Positions 27,109-36,026 of a DNA stretch of 36,026 bases are shown in pieces. Both the position numbers and the translations under genes were made by a program. The DNA lies in the NCBI GenBank assembly GCA_964631415.1, contig CAZVZC010000019.1, forward strand, positions 1 to 36,026, read 5' to 3'. The notes under the pieces were generated by a model. That model saw only the letters and a program-made list of their open reading frames with translations, searched no databases and was not told the DNA's origin. Each line of letters starts with the position of its first letter. Position 1 is the stretch's first letter. This stretch comes from an uncultured archaeon (GTDB lineage Archaea > Asgardarchaeota > Thorarchaeia > Thorarchaeales > Thorarchaeaceae).

Positions 27109-28110
27109 CTATGTTATGGTCGGCATGTCTTCGAGGTACGCTTGCGCCCGGCTCTTGTTTTCCTGGTCGGCAGGGCACCAGACAATTCCAACATCTGGCT
27201 GGCCGTACAGCATGACTGAACCTTCCGAAGCGAGAAGCACTACAGGAAACCCCATCAGATCCTCCTCGCCATCAACAACGATCAACGAACGTGCGTCATC
27301 GTGGATGGCAGTGTCTATCACGGACCAGGCCTCCGGGAATATCACAGCCGGAGGGTTGTAGATCACATACTCCTTTTCGCCTCTGAAAGATCCTTCGAAC
27401 CCTCCTCTCCTCGTGATGCCATCCACAATGCAGACGTCCGGTGTGTAGCCCTGAGCGATTACAGACGCGGTAGTCACATCTCCCACGGAGATGACCTTGG
27501 CCGGCCTATCTCTCTCAATCCTCGCCACGACCTCTTTCTCCGGGCAGACTTCGTGCACGTCATAGACATCGCCCTTTGGAATCTTCAGGCCGGATCTGGT
27601 CGAGAACTCAAGCCTTCTTGGAGGTTGAGATGTTCCTCTTAGATGGCGGCCCAGTCTGTCAATCTCCCCTTTTCGTATTCTCGCCGATGAAACTTTGTCA
27701 CCATCGTCTGCTCGCATGGGTTTGAGGTGCTCCACTATGTCCTTGAACCCAAGTTGCTGCTTTCTCAGGCTCAATGCTCTGGCTTCTATCTCTTCACAAC
27801 AAGGTCCTTCAAACATCAGGAAAGAAGTGGGACTGTGAGCTGATACAAGCTCGGCAAAGCTACTGACCACGCGCACAGGAATCATCTCGTTGAGTCCTGT
27901 GGCAGCAAGATATCCCTCCAGCTTCTTGAGCCTAGTAGTGGCAGGTTGGATGATTGCTGCCATTTCCAGTTCATGGGCAACCAGCTCACCGTCTGCGACC
28001 ACAGCGACGGGATTCGGCATATCCCTGAGTCTGTCAATAAGGACCTCGTGGCCGACATGAAGGCGGTCAAACAGATTAAGTGCCCATGTTTCTGTCATCA
28101 GCCTCATCAC
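27109..28110 (-). CDS. Fusion of phosphopantetheine adenylyltransferase-like domain and DUF359 GTP-dependent dephospho-CoA kinase
   Basis: N-terminal FDRLHVGH and DG.KVSSARIRKGEID; C-terminal SVGDVTT, IVDG.TRR, NPP..I, VDGEEDL and YGQP. Confidence 0.85.
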   Translation of the reverse strand: MMRLMTETWALNLFDRLHVGHEVLIDRLRDMPNPVAVVADGELVAHELEMAAIIQPATTRLKKLEGYLAATGLNEMIPVRVVSSFAELVSAHSPTSFLMFEGPCCEEIEARALSLRKQQLGFKDIVEHLKPMRADDGDKVSSARIRKGEIDRLGRHLRGTSQPPRRLEFSTRSGLKIPKGDVYDVHEVCPEKEVVARIERDRPAKVISVGDVTTASVIAQGYTPDVCIVDGITRRGGFEGSFRGEKEYVIYNPPAVIFPEAWSVIDTAIHDDARSLIVVDGEEDLMGFPVVLLASEGSVMLYGQPDVGIVWCPADQENKSRAQAYLEDMPTIT

Positions 28111-28189
28111 TCAGTGTGTCTAGACTCTAACATTTAATAACGGCTCTTCGGATAAGATTATGCTCAATATATCGGGGAGCGCTTGGACA

Positions 28190-28879
28190 ATGAGAATGCT
28201 TGCGGTTGCTGATGTGCATAGTCCCCGCTTCCTTGACCCCTTTCTGAGGAGTCTTGAGCAATTCAGCCCGCCAGACCTATTCCTCATGGCAGGGGACATG
28301 ATAAACCGCGGCAGGGCCGCCGAGTTCAGAGTGATACTTGATGCAATACACGACTGTCTTGGGAATGACTTTCGGATTGTGGCCTGCTACGGGAATGAGG
28401 AGTACTCCGAAGTCCGAAACGACATCACTGCGGCCATCGGCAAAGATATGGTCTTCTTGGATGAAACCATGACAGTGATTGAAGTGGATGGTCAGAAGGT
28501 GGGAATAGTGGGGACTCAGGGATCGCTCGACAAGCCCACGAATTGGCAGCGGCAGCATCTGCCCAGTGTAAGACGTACATTTGAGCTCAGAGCACATCGT
28601 GCGGGCTCTCTTCTCAAGAAGCTCAGGAACAAGGTGGATCGACGAATACTGCTCATGCACTATAGCCCATGTCTTGAAACGTGCGAGGGTGAGGACTCCC
28701 GGACCTTTGGTTGGCTCGGCAGTCGCAAGTTCTACAAGCTGATAATGTCCGAACAACCGGATCTTGTTGTCCACGGGCATGTGCACAACTCTGTCAACCA
28801 CGAGGCACACATCGGGGAAACGTTGGTCAGGAATGTGGCAATCCCTGCCGTTGGTACACTGACAGAGCTGAGTCTCTAG
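28190..28879 (+). CDS. Calcineurin-like metallophosphoesterase
   Basis: ADVH, AGD, GNEE, MHY and HGHVH motifs. Confidence 0.9.
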   Translation: MRMLAVADVHSPRFLDPFLRSLEQFSPPDLFLMAGDMINRGRAAEFRVILDAIHDCLGNDFRIVACYGNEEYSEVRNDITAAIGKDMVFLDETMTVIEVDGQKVGIVGTQGSLDKPTNWQRQHLPSVRRTFELRAHRAGSLLKKLRNKVDRRILLMHYSPCLETCEGEDSRTFGWLGSRKFYKLIMSEQPDLVVHGHVHNSVNHEAHIGETLVRNVAIPAVGTLTELSL

Positions 28880-28886
28880 TCGATGG

Positions 28887-29312
28887 CTATCTCTTGTGGC
28901 CCGTCACTTTCATTGTAGGCTCAAATTTGTATCCATAGACAATCAGTCCACCATGACCGAACTCGGTGATCCTCCTGAAGCAAGATCTGACTCTCATGCC
29001 GATGCACACATCTTCGACGTCACAGTTCACTATCTGGGCGGTGAGTCTGGCACCCTCATCGAGTTCAACTTGCGCCATCACGTAGGGAGCCTGTGTCTTG
29101 AAGTCCTCAGGGACCTGTCGCACAATCGCGAATGTGTGAACAGTCCCGAGGCCCTTGAACTTGTAGTCTTCAAGATGGCCCTTTCTTCTGCACTTGGGAC
29201 AGACAGGCCTAGGAGGGAAGTAGTAGGTGTTGCATGTTGTACAGCGGTTTCCAATGATGTTGTACATTGACTTTATCTTGCGCCAGATCTGTGCAACTCC
29301 ATGCTCTGCCAT
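28887..29312 (-). CDS. DUF35 Zn-ribbon/OB-fold scaffold of the thiolase/HMG-CoA synthase complex
   Basis: CTTC...PPRPVCPKC, G.V.TF and YGYKF; in an operon with thiolase and HMGS. Confidence 0.92.
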   Translation of the reverse strand: MAEHGVAQIWRKIKSMYNIIGNRCTTCNTYYFPPRPVCPKCRRKGHLEDYKFKGLGTVHTFAIVRQVPEDFKTQAPYVMAQVELDEGARLTAQIVNCDVEDVCIGMRVRSCFRRITEFGHGGLIVYGYKFEPTMKVTGHKR

Positions 29313-29318
29313 CTCGAA

Positions 29319-30479
29319 TCACCTTCCAAGAATGTGGACGATTGATGTCGCTCCGGTTCCTCCAATGTTCACGGCCATTGCCTGCTCAGCTCCATTGACT
29401 TGGCGACCCTCTGCATCACCCCTCAGTTGAAGGACGAGTTCCACAATCTGTGCAACTCCAGTAGCTCCAATGGGATGGCCTCTTGCCTTCAGCCCTCCTG
29501 ACGGGTTCACTGGGTACTTGCCGCCGATCTCGGTGATCCCTTCATCGAGGATCCTGCCACCTTGACCCTTCTGAGTCAAACCTATGTCCTCTGTCAAGAT
29601 GATCTCGCCTATGGTGAAGCTGTCGTGAACTTCGAACACATCGATGTCATCAACTGTCATACCCGCCTTCTTCAAAGCTTCCCTGCTTGAAACGACAGCC
29701 GCGTCCATGGTACAGATGTCTCGTCTGTCGTGGAGCGCCAGCGTGTCACTAGCTTGTGTAGAGGCCTCAACGTACACAGGCGTGTCCGTGAACTGTTTTG
29801 CTTTCTCCTCAGAGCACATTATGAGACCTGCCGCCCCGTCACTTATGGGTGATGAGTGAAGGACCCGAATTGGATCGGCCAGCATACCTGAGCTCATTAC
29901 GACTTCGAGAGGTACTGCCTTCTGGAACTGTGCCCAGGGGTTGTGCTCCGCATTCTTGTGGTTCTTCACAGTGACTTGTGCCAGATGCTTCTCTGTCGTG
30001 CCATACTCGTACATATGTCTTCGAGCCATGAAAGCATAAAGGGCAGGAAACGTCGCACCAAAGAGGCCCTCCCATTCCCAGTCACTCGCGACTCCAACAG
30101 TCCTCATTGCTTCACTCTGATTCACATCGCTCATCTTCTCACAACCGAGGACCAGCATCAAATCATGCTCGCCGGACCTTATTGCCATGTATGCTTGTCG
30201 AACAGCCGCGCCGCCACTTGCGCAAGCTGCTTCGACACTGTAAGCCGGTATGTGGCCAAGGCCACCCATGTCTGCAGCCAGAGCACCCAGGTGTTCCTGT
30301 CCGGTGAACCTCCCTGCACTCATGTTGCCAATGCAGATTGCATCGATGTCTTTCCCTGACACCTGACTGTCGAATATCGCATACATGCCTGCCTCGAGAG
30401 TTATATCGCGTAGGCTCTTGTCCCACAGTTCGCCAAACTTGCTCATCCCTACTCCAACGATGGCGACTCTCTTCTTCAT
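29319..30479 (-). CDS. acaB: Acetoacetyl-CoA thiolase (archaeal)
   Basis: EAACASGG, SDGAA, EVHD.F and NPSGGLKARGHPIGATG. GGAGG RBS before ATG 30479. Confidence 0.93.
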   Translation of the reverse strand: MKKRVAIVGVGMSKFGELWDKSLRDITLEAGMYAIFDSQVSGKDIDAICIGNMSAGRFTGQEHLGALAADMGGLGHIPAYSVEAACASGGAAVRQAYMAIRSGEHDLMLVLGCEKMSDVNQSEAMRTVGVASDWEWEGLFGATFPALYAFMARRHMYEYGTTEKHLAQVTVKNHKNAEHNPWAQFQKAVPLEVVMSSGMLADPIRVLHSSPISDGAAGLIMCSEEKAKQFTDTPVYVEASTQASDTLALHDRRDICTMDAAVVSSREALKKAGMTVDDIDVFEVHDSFTIGEIILTEDIGLTQKGQGGRILDEGITEIGGKYPVNPSGGLKARGHPIGATGVAQIVELVLQLRGDAEGRQVNGAEQAMAVNIGGTGATSIVHILGR

Positions 30480-30497
30480 TTTCTGATCCTCCAAACA

Positions 30498-31550
30498 CTA
30501 TGCCTTGATGGTGCGTCTATACTTGGCATAAACTGAGTAGCTGACGTATGTCTTTCTTGCGATGTAGTCGTCGACTGTTGGGACTTCGCCGCGATGCCTC
30601 AGTATCTCGTCCTCTACACGGATGGAGAAAGCATCACTGCCTGCTCCTGACCCATACGAAACCATGAAGATTCTTGCACCTGGCTTTGCTATGTCTAGCA
30701 CTCTTGCGAGCCCAATCATAGATGATCCCGAGTAGGTGTTGCCTATCTGGCGTACAACGAGACTGTCCTCTAGTTTCTCTTTGGGTACTCCAAGTACCTT
30801 GCCCATGGCGACAGGGAACTTGCCGTTGGGCATATGAAAGACAAAATAGTCGTAGTCGTCGACGGAAGTGCCCATCTTCTTGAAGAGGTTCGATGCACCC
30901 TGCTCGACGTGTCTGAAGTATGCAGGCTCACCTGTGAATCGTGCGCCGTGACTAGGAAAGTCCTCTCCCTCTCTGCGCCAGAAGTCGGGTGTATCAGTCG
31001 TGACGGACGATGTCATCTCAATGGTGACAACTGGGTTCTCTTCCCCGATGACGAAGGCAGCACCACCAGCCGCTGCGGAGTACTCTAGTGCGTCTCCCGG
31101 TCTTCCTTGGGCTGTGTCGGCACCAATCGCAAGACCATACTTCACCATTTTGGACGTCACAAGGCCCATACAACTCTGTATTGCGGCCGTCCCCGCTTTG
31201 CATGCGAACTCGAAGTCGGCGCATGTCATGTTCTCGGAACAACCGATGGCCTCCGCCACGATGGTACCTGTGGGCTTGACTGCATATGGATGCGATTCCG
31301 AACCGATGTATACTGCGCCTATCTCCTTCGGATCTATCTTTGCGTACTTGACTGCGTTTCTAGCTGCCTCAGCAGATATCGTGGCCACGTCCTCATCCGG
31401 TCCGGGGAGCGACTTCTCAAAGACACCAAGGCCTTGCGCGACAGCCTCGCCGTCGTCGCCCCAGACAGCAGCGATGTCTACGGTCTTGATGCGGTAGCGA
31501 GGTATGTAGACCCCGTATCCAATTATCCCTACCATAGCTGATACTTCCAT
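30498..31550 (-). CDS. hmgB: Hydroxymethylglutaryl-CoA synthase (archaeal)
   Basis: [35 protein letters not shown] and SYGSGAGSD. Confidence 0.95.
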   Translation of the reverse strand: MEVSAMVGIIGYGVYIPRYRIKTVDIAAVWGDDGEAVAQGLGVFEKSLPGPDEDVATISAEAARNAVKYAKIDPKEIGAVYIGSESHPYAVKPTGTIVAEAIGCSENMTCADFEFACKAGTAAIQSCMGLVTSKMVKYGLAIGADTAQGRPGDALEYSAAAGGAAFVIGEENPVVTIEMTSSVTTDTPDFWRREGEDFPSHGARFTGEPAYFRHVEQGASNLFKKMGTSVDDYDYFVFHMPNGKFPVAMGKVLGVPKEKLEDSLVVRQIGNTYSGSSMIGLARVLDIAKPGARIFMVSYGSGAGSDAFSIRVEDEILRHRGEVPTVDDYIARKTYVSYSVYAKYRRTIKA

Positions 31551-31835
31551 TCAGTCTGTTCGGAGAACGTCGAACTCTACTTCGTCAATTGCCCACTGTG
31601 CGGCTCGTTGGCCCTTTAATAAGCTTGTTGTGGGTTTTGCACGATAGAACGGCTTTCACCGAACGGTGGTTCCTCCAGTTTTGCTATGCCGACGAGTTCT
31701 GATGTCGGTCGCGTATTTATGAATAACGACGAGGAATCTCACCATCCCATTCGCTATGACCGAGAAGAGTGCGGCAATGGCCTACCTCGGTTCTCAACAC
31801 GTTCGCTCTGCGTCTGCTCTGGTTAAGCATATAAG

Positions 31836-32063
31836 TTGTTAGAAGCGTCTATGTTATGGGTGAGTCGTCTGACTCAGGATCTCAGGACAATCAGGGCAAC
31901 AATGGTCGAAGTCACATCGACCAAGACCGTGGCTGACTTGCTGCACGAGCTTAATCTCTCTACAGACCACGTTGTCCTGGTTGACGGACGAAGACTGGAA
32001 CTGGATGCTCTTGTGCATGAGAACGACAGAGTCATCGTACTGCCGCTCATCACAGGCGGCTAG
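31836..32063 (+). CDS. MoaD/ThiS/SAMP ubiquitin-like protein
   Basis: Beta-grasp pattern 'TVADLL.EL.L...VVLVDG...D.V.VLPLITGG' with C-terminal GG. Exact start uncertain. Confidence 0.8.
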   Translation: MLEASMLWVSRLTQDLRTIRATMVEVTSTKTVADLLHELNLSTDHVVLVDGRRLELDALVHENDRVIVLPLITGG

Positions 32064-33571
32064 ACCCTTCTGATTCTTTCAATCAGTCTCATCGTTGGCA
32101 TTAGGTCGATCATCAGGTCCCCCCTCACTGGGTCCGCCAATGGTACGCCAATCTCAGAAGCAATCTTGTTCAGCGCGGCTTGAACCAAGGTGCTTCCATT
32201 CGTGGCACGTGAATCGATCTTGCTCCGGACGTTCGCACGTACTGCCTCAGCAATGACCCGTTCAGACCCCGAACTGTACTGTGCGGCCTTCTTAGGTGCT
32301 GTGGCAATCTCAACTGGCAGACCCATGTCTTGTGCGAGTTCTCTAAAGATGAGCTTCCGATCAGGCTTAGCGTTTGGTGCAACCTTCCATGAAGCTGGGA
32401 TAGACATGGCTGTCAGGATGAAGCGACCATCAAGATACGGAAAGAAAGCTGAGACCTGATTGTACTCGATGGCTCTCTCATCGCGTTCGATATTGTTCCT
32501 GTGAGTCGCGATCACGTCGTTCCATAGCTGCTTGTCCAATGCCTCTTCGCCTTCTTGAGTGAACGTCCGCACATATCGTGCATAACCCGCAAACAGTTCG
32601 TCAGGACCTTGACCTGATACGAGCACTGAGAGCCCCTTATCGTGAGCTTGTCGTGCTGCGAGATAGAAAGGGAGTGCCACCTCGATGTCAAGCCGACGGC
32701 TACTCTCGACGGCGTATATGAGCTCCGGCAGCGCCTCCCACACGGCCGCTGGCTCTATTGATACCTTGACCAAGTCCATTCCTAGCCTGTCTGCGACTCC
32801 GGAGGCCAGTCTGCCATCATAGGATTTCTCGGCACATGCCGCTATCAAGATGACATTATTGCAGACATCTCGGGCCAAGGTGGCGGCCAAGGAGCTGTCT
32901 ACTCCTCCCGAGAACAGGACTCCAACGTTTCTGAGGCCGTGCAATCTCCGAAAGGAGTTGCTGATGTTGCTTGAGAGAGTCTGAATGGCTTCTTTGCGGG
33001 ATGGTGGAGAGCCCGTATCGGGACGCGCCATCATTAGCTGCTGACCGGTTGATGGTTTCCGACCTGGAATGACACGTAGCATCTGTCCCGGTTGGAGTTC
33101 GGCAGCTTCGTTAAGACCGAGACGCCAGATTGCCTTGCGCTCGGTAGAGAAGATGAAGTCTGAGTTCTTGCATTGATAGTAGAATGGTTTCATGGAGAAG
33201 GTTGGCCGCAATGACATGAGCCCGGTCTTTCCAAGGCTAACGATCATTGCGTCCAGAGAGCTAAGGACACTGTCCGGACTAGAGTCCGGATCCAGTTCAT
33301 CCGTGATGTTGAACGGGATATCTGCCCGATCTCCAACAAACCCGCTCGGGTCCCAATGGTCGAGAACTGTTATTCCATCTTGGCTCAGACGAATGCTGTG
33401 GTCACAGTCGAGTCGTGACCGGACTGCAATCGCGCCGAATCCGTCTTCGCTGGATGGACACTTAAGAAGCCTCTCGTCACCCCTATGGCTGATGGCTTGC
33501 GACATCCGCTTCAGTAGTTCTGACTGATTCGCCGTACATCTTCGACCGAGAATGCCCACTATGCCGACCAT
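32060..33571 (-). CDS. asnB: Asparagine synthetase B-like protein with degenerate glutaminase domain
   Basis: Synthetase motifs FSGGVDSS, SGQGPDELFAGY, PYLD and KKAAQYSSG are present. The N-terminus is MVGIVG, lacking the catalytic Cys. Confidence 0.8.
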   Translation of the reverse strand: MVGIVGILGRRCTANQSELLKRMSQAISHRGDERLLKCPSSEDGFGAIAVRSRLDCDHSIRLSQDGITVLDHWDPSGFVGDRADIPFNITDELDPDSSPDSVLSSLDAMIVSLGKTGLMSLRPTFSMKPFYYQCKNSDFIFSTERKAIWRLGLNEAAELQPGQMLRVIPGRKPSTGQQLMMARPDTGSPPSRKEAIQTLSSNISNSFRRLHGLRNVGVLFSGGVDSSLAATLARDVCNNVILIAACAEKSYDGRLASGVADRLGMDLVKVSIEPAAVWEALPELIYAVESSRRLDIEVALPFYLAARQAHDKGLSVLVSGQGPDELFAGYARYVRTFTQEGEEALDKQLWNDVIATHRNNIERDERAIEYNQVSAFFPYLDGRFILTAMSIPASWKVAPNAKPDRKLIFRELAQDMGLPVEIATAPKKAAQYSSGSERVIAEAVRANVRSKIDSRATNGSTLVQAALNKIASEIGVPLADPVRGDLMIDLMPTMRLIERIRRV

Positions 33572-33679
33572 ATTGTTTCAGAGTCTTGCCGCTTTCCGTG
33601 CACTGTTGCCGCTAGTCCGAAGGGACGCGATGTAGTAGCATCGACATCAGGAATTCTGTATTGAGGCTGATTCGAGGGT

Positions 33680-34099
33680 CTACTTGGTCACAGGGACCTC
33701 TTGTAGGACCACGCGTTGTACACCCGCGATCGACTTGAGGCGGCGGTCTAGATCAGCGACTGACATCGTGAGCTGTTTCGGGGTGAAGTAGCATTCATAG
33801 TAACACTGGCTGGCAGCCTGACAGATGCCACTTGTGAACAGGATGTCTTGAAGCCCCGATTTCTCAAAGATGGACGTGAGCTCCTCTAGAAAGCTCTTGC
33901 TGAGCTTCTGAATCTCAAGCTTTAGGTACATCACTTTGTCGCTATCTACAGGATATATCTTGACGTTCTTGTCTTTCACAACGAGAATGGCGAGCCCGTA
34001 GGGTAGGCCTATCCCGTCGACGAATTCGGGCGGCAGCGTGACTGCATTGCCCTTCACGATCTTCAGCACTCTTGCCTGAGTCATATCGGTCTTGCTCAT
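33680..34099 (-). CDS. Putative regulator with AbrB/SpoVT-like N-terminus and ACT-like C-terminus
   Basis: 'KIVKGNAVTLPPEFVDGIGL' swapped-hairpin pattern; C-terminal beta-alpha-beta-beta-alpha-beta ending 'LKSIAGVQRV'. Confidence 0.55.
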   Translation of the reverse strand: MSKTDMTQARVLKIVKGNAVTLPPEFVDGIGLPYGLAILVVKDKNVKIYPVDSDKVMYLKLEIQKLSKSFLEELTSIFEKSGLQDILFTSGICQAASQCYYECYFTPKQLTMSVADLDRRLKSIAGVQRVVLQEVPVTK

Positions 34100-34208
34100 G
34101 TGATTCTTCCTCCGGACTTGGCCAAGTCGAGAATCTACCTGCGACGATTATATCTCTTGTGGGAGACCTTCACATGGCGTGTCTATCCCTTGAACAGGCG
34201 GGTGATGA

Positions 34209-35822
34209 CTACTTCTGTCGCCCAAGCCAGCGACGCACCGTCTTTGCCAGACTCGATTTGGGTTTCTTGAGAACTCGGAGTGCCCAAGGTTCGTCTGCAG
34301 AGGCGTAGTACTCTAGGAAGGCGCCTCCTCCCTCGGATGTCATGCCTGCCATCTCTCGCAGGCGGTCTTCAAGCCATGCCTTTTTCGTCATGGGGAGTTT
34401 CGAGGTCACGGCTTCAAACTGGGCCGGATTGAGGTCCATTACAAGAGCCCGGTCGCCCATGTACTCCAGCACTCCCTCTTGAAGGGCATTTCCTATCGTT
34501 TCCTTGTTGGTGAAGAATGAAGCAGCAACAGACATGTTGGGGAACCTTTCGGGGATTCGAAGCACGGATTTGAATGAGCGTTTGAAGCTGGAGAGATGTG
34601 TAGCTGCATCCAGCAAGATGATTGCCTTTGGTTTCCCTCCGAATGAGTCATCTCTGGCTGCGGCTTGGGGCTCTGTTCCTGCGCCTGCCTCTTCAATCAT
34701 TGTCATCATCAGACGACCCGTCACTGGAGGCAGTTCGCTCTCATCAACGTGGGTCATCTCACCGTCGGCGGATGCCTGACCTTCCTGTTGTTCCTCTTCA
34801 GTTCCACGCGAAGTGGGCTCCTCTCCTTCTGTGTGGGCACGAGGTCTCTTGCTTGGAGGCACGTAACCGATTTCGTCCATCAGATTCTGAAGGAGCAGAG
34901 GAAGAAACACATCAAACAACGTGGCACGAGTTTCGGTTATCACAAGGACGGGTTTCTTCTGTGACACGGCTTCTGCCAGACCCGAACTGTAATTGGGAGC
35001 GCTTTCGATGAACTTGCCCAGATTCTCGGCCGAGCAAGCACTCACAACGCGCTGCCGCCACTCAAGGTAGACGTCCTTTACCTCCTTCTTCCTGCGGTCC
35101 TTGACTGTACTCATGAACTTGCCAAGGTACTTGACCCCCTGAGTGACGGCAGTGCCCGGGCTGACTAGAAGGCCCAGAGCCTCTCCCGCATAGTCGCTGG
35201 CGCCGATGCCTCTTGTCTTGCTGGCGACTACCTTCTTCACCTTGTCAAAAACCTCTTCCGTCAGGGAGGGCGGGCCAAGCTTCTCGACCAAGACATCATG
35301 CAATCCGGACATATCCTCGAACGACACATCACCGGGGCCCAGATCCTCGCCCGTGGTGGACGCGTCTGAAAGCACCTCAGCGAGCACATTTGGCCTCTTC
35401 ACAAGCCACGACGCAGGAATCTTAAGGCGCTCCAATGCGTGCAGCCATGCGTTGCCAGAGTCTCCTGCACCGAAGTAGAACTTCGCGGAGTCAGGAAAGA
35501 CCTGGTCGAACAATGCCATGAACTGCCTGAAGTCGGCTTCGGTCGAGAACCCCATACCACCCTGCTCCAATGCATCCATGACAAACACGACGGTTCTATC
35601 TTCCCCTGCCGCCTCCTTTGCCATGGCGACCATCACTTGCTTTGGTAACAGGTATAGCGATTCGCTGTCGAAATATGGCGCGTCGTAGTACGAGAAGAGC
35701 CCTAGCTTGCGCCAAGGTCTGTTACTCATCACACTGTTAGTGAGCCGCGAGAACAGATCATAGCTTTGTCTGTATCGCGAGTTGAGCTGCTGGTCGTCCT
35801 TTTGTCTCTGCATCAGATACAC
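34209..35822 (-). CDS. Uncharacterized protein, possibly a degenerate HerA/VirB4-like P-loop fold
   Basis: 537-aa ORF. C-terminal 'KAIILLDAATHL...VLRIPERF.NMSVAAS' resembles HerA Walker B and RK regions; no Walker A is visible; contains an acidic low-complexity insert. Confidence 0.55.
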   Translation of the reverse strand: MYLMQRQKDDQQLNSRYRQSYDLFSRLTNSVMSNRPWRKLGLFSYYDAPYFDSESLYLLPKQVMVAMAKEAAGEDRTVVFVMDALEQGGMGFSTEADFRQFMALFDQVFPDSAKFYFGAGDSGNAWLHALERLKIPASWLVKRPNVLAEVLSDASTTGEDLGPGDVSFEDMSGLHDVLVEKLGPPSLTEEVFDKVKKVVASKTRGIGASDYAGEALGLLVSPGTAVTQGVKYLGKFMSTVKDRRKKEVKDVYLEWRQRVVSACSAENLGKFIESAPNYSSGLAEAVSQKKPVLVITETRATLFDVFLPLLLQNLMDEIGYVPPSKRPRAHTEGEEPTSRGTEEEQQEGQASADGEMTHVDESELPPVTGRLMMTMIEEAGAGTEPQAAARDDSFGGKPKAIILLDAATHLSSFKRSFKSVLRIPERFPNMSVAASFFTNKETIGNALQEGVLEYMGDRALVMDLNPAQFEAVTSKLPMTKKAWLEDRLREMAGMTSEGGGAFLEYYASADEPWALRVLKKPKSSLAKTVRRWLGRQK

Positions 35823-35922
35823 CCGGAACTGAGTCTGGCACTAGTGTTCTCAGGTAGAGATAGTGCAACCGATGATAAGCCTACTGTACTACCGTTCATT
35901 GTAAGTTGGACAGACCTGGACA

Positions 35923-36026
35923 TCAAGCAGTCCGCCCAGAAACGGCACTGGGCTTGGGTTGTTGAACCATCAGGATGTTTCTGGCTGCGTTCACATCTGC
36001 GTGCAGCCTGAGGTCACAGCTCGGGC
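35923..36026 (-). CDS. tnpB: C-terminal end of TnpB (IS200/IS605-family RNA-guided nuclease), truncated by the window edge
   Basis: Manual translation (C)PSCDLRLHADVNAARNILMVQQPKPSAVSGRTA*: Zn-finger CxxC followed by the RuvC-III hallmark ADxNAAxNI. Confidence 0.85.
   Translation of the reverse strand, partial: PSCDLRLHADVNAARNILMVQQPKPSAVSGRTA

Noticed and set aside
31551-31835. 35-aa ORF and short inverted repeats between HMGS and the SAMP gene
   Set aside because: No motif support; the region is adequately explained as divergent promoters.
1-36026. CRISPR array, rRNA, or integrase at the tRNA
   Set aside because: No regularly spaced repeats, rRNA-like sequence, integrase or duplicated tRNA 3' end was seen.

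Overview
Gene-dense archaeal chromosomal window, most likely from an Asgard archaeon and probably Thorarchaeia-like. That assignment is inferred from the longin-domain, adaptin-appendage-like, ZPR1 and SMC5/6-like genes and from archaeal TATA and GGAG/GGTGA signals. Housekeeping content: UbiX, DUF2070, ZPR1, tRNA-Ala(UGC), a K+-independent membrane pyrophosphatase, NfnAB/SudBA, Nnr, a PPAT-DUF359 CoA fusion, the HMG-CoA synthase/thiolase/DUF35 operon, a SAMP/ThiS protein and an AsnB-like protein. The standout is a minus-strand cluster at 12867-19417: a catalytically degenerate classical AAA+ protein, an SMC with SMC5/6/coalescin-type motifs, a kleisin, a tandem-WH KITE and a Zn-ribbon/wHTH gene. 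It sits back-to-back with a MoxR AAA+ / HEXXH-vWA pair (19598-23070). Other notable items: an NPRL2-like longin-wHTH protein, an 8x Zn-module protein fused to an adaptin/coatomer appendage-like domain, four apparent pseudoenzymes (HD, AAA+, AsnB glutaminase, HerA-like), and a promoter-associated hairpin sRNA candidate (12661-12740). Two partial genes missed by the ORF track lie at the window edges: a secreted peptidase-like N-terminus and the C-terminus of a TnpB. All family calls come from motif recognition by eye; no database searches were run.
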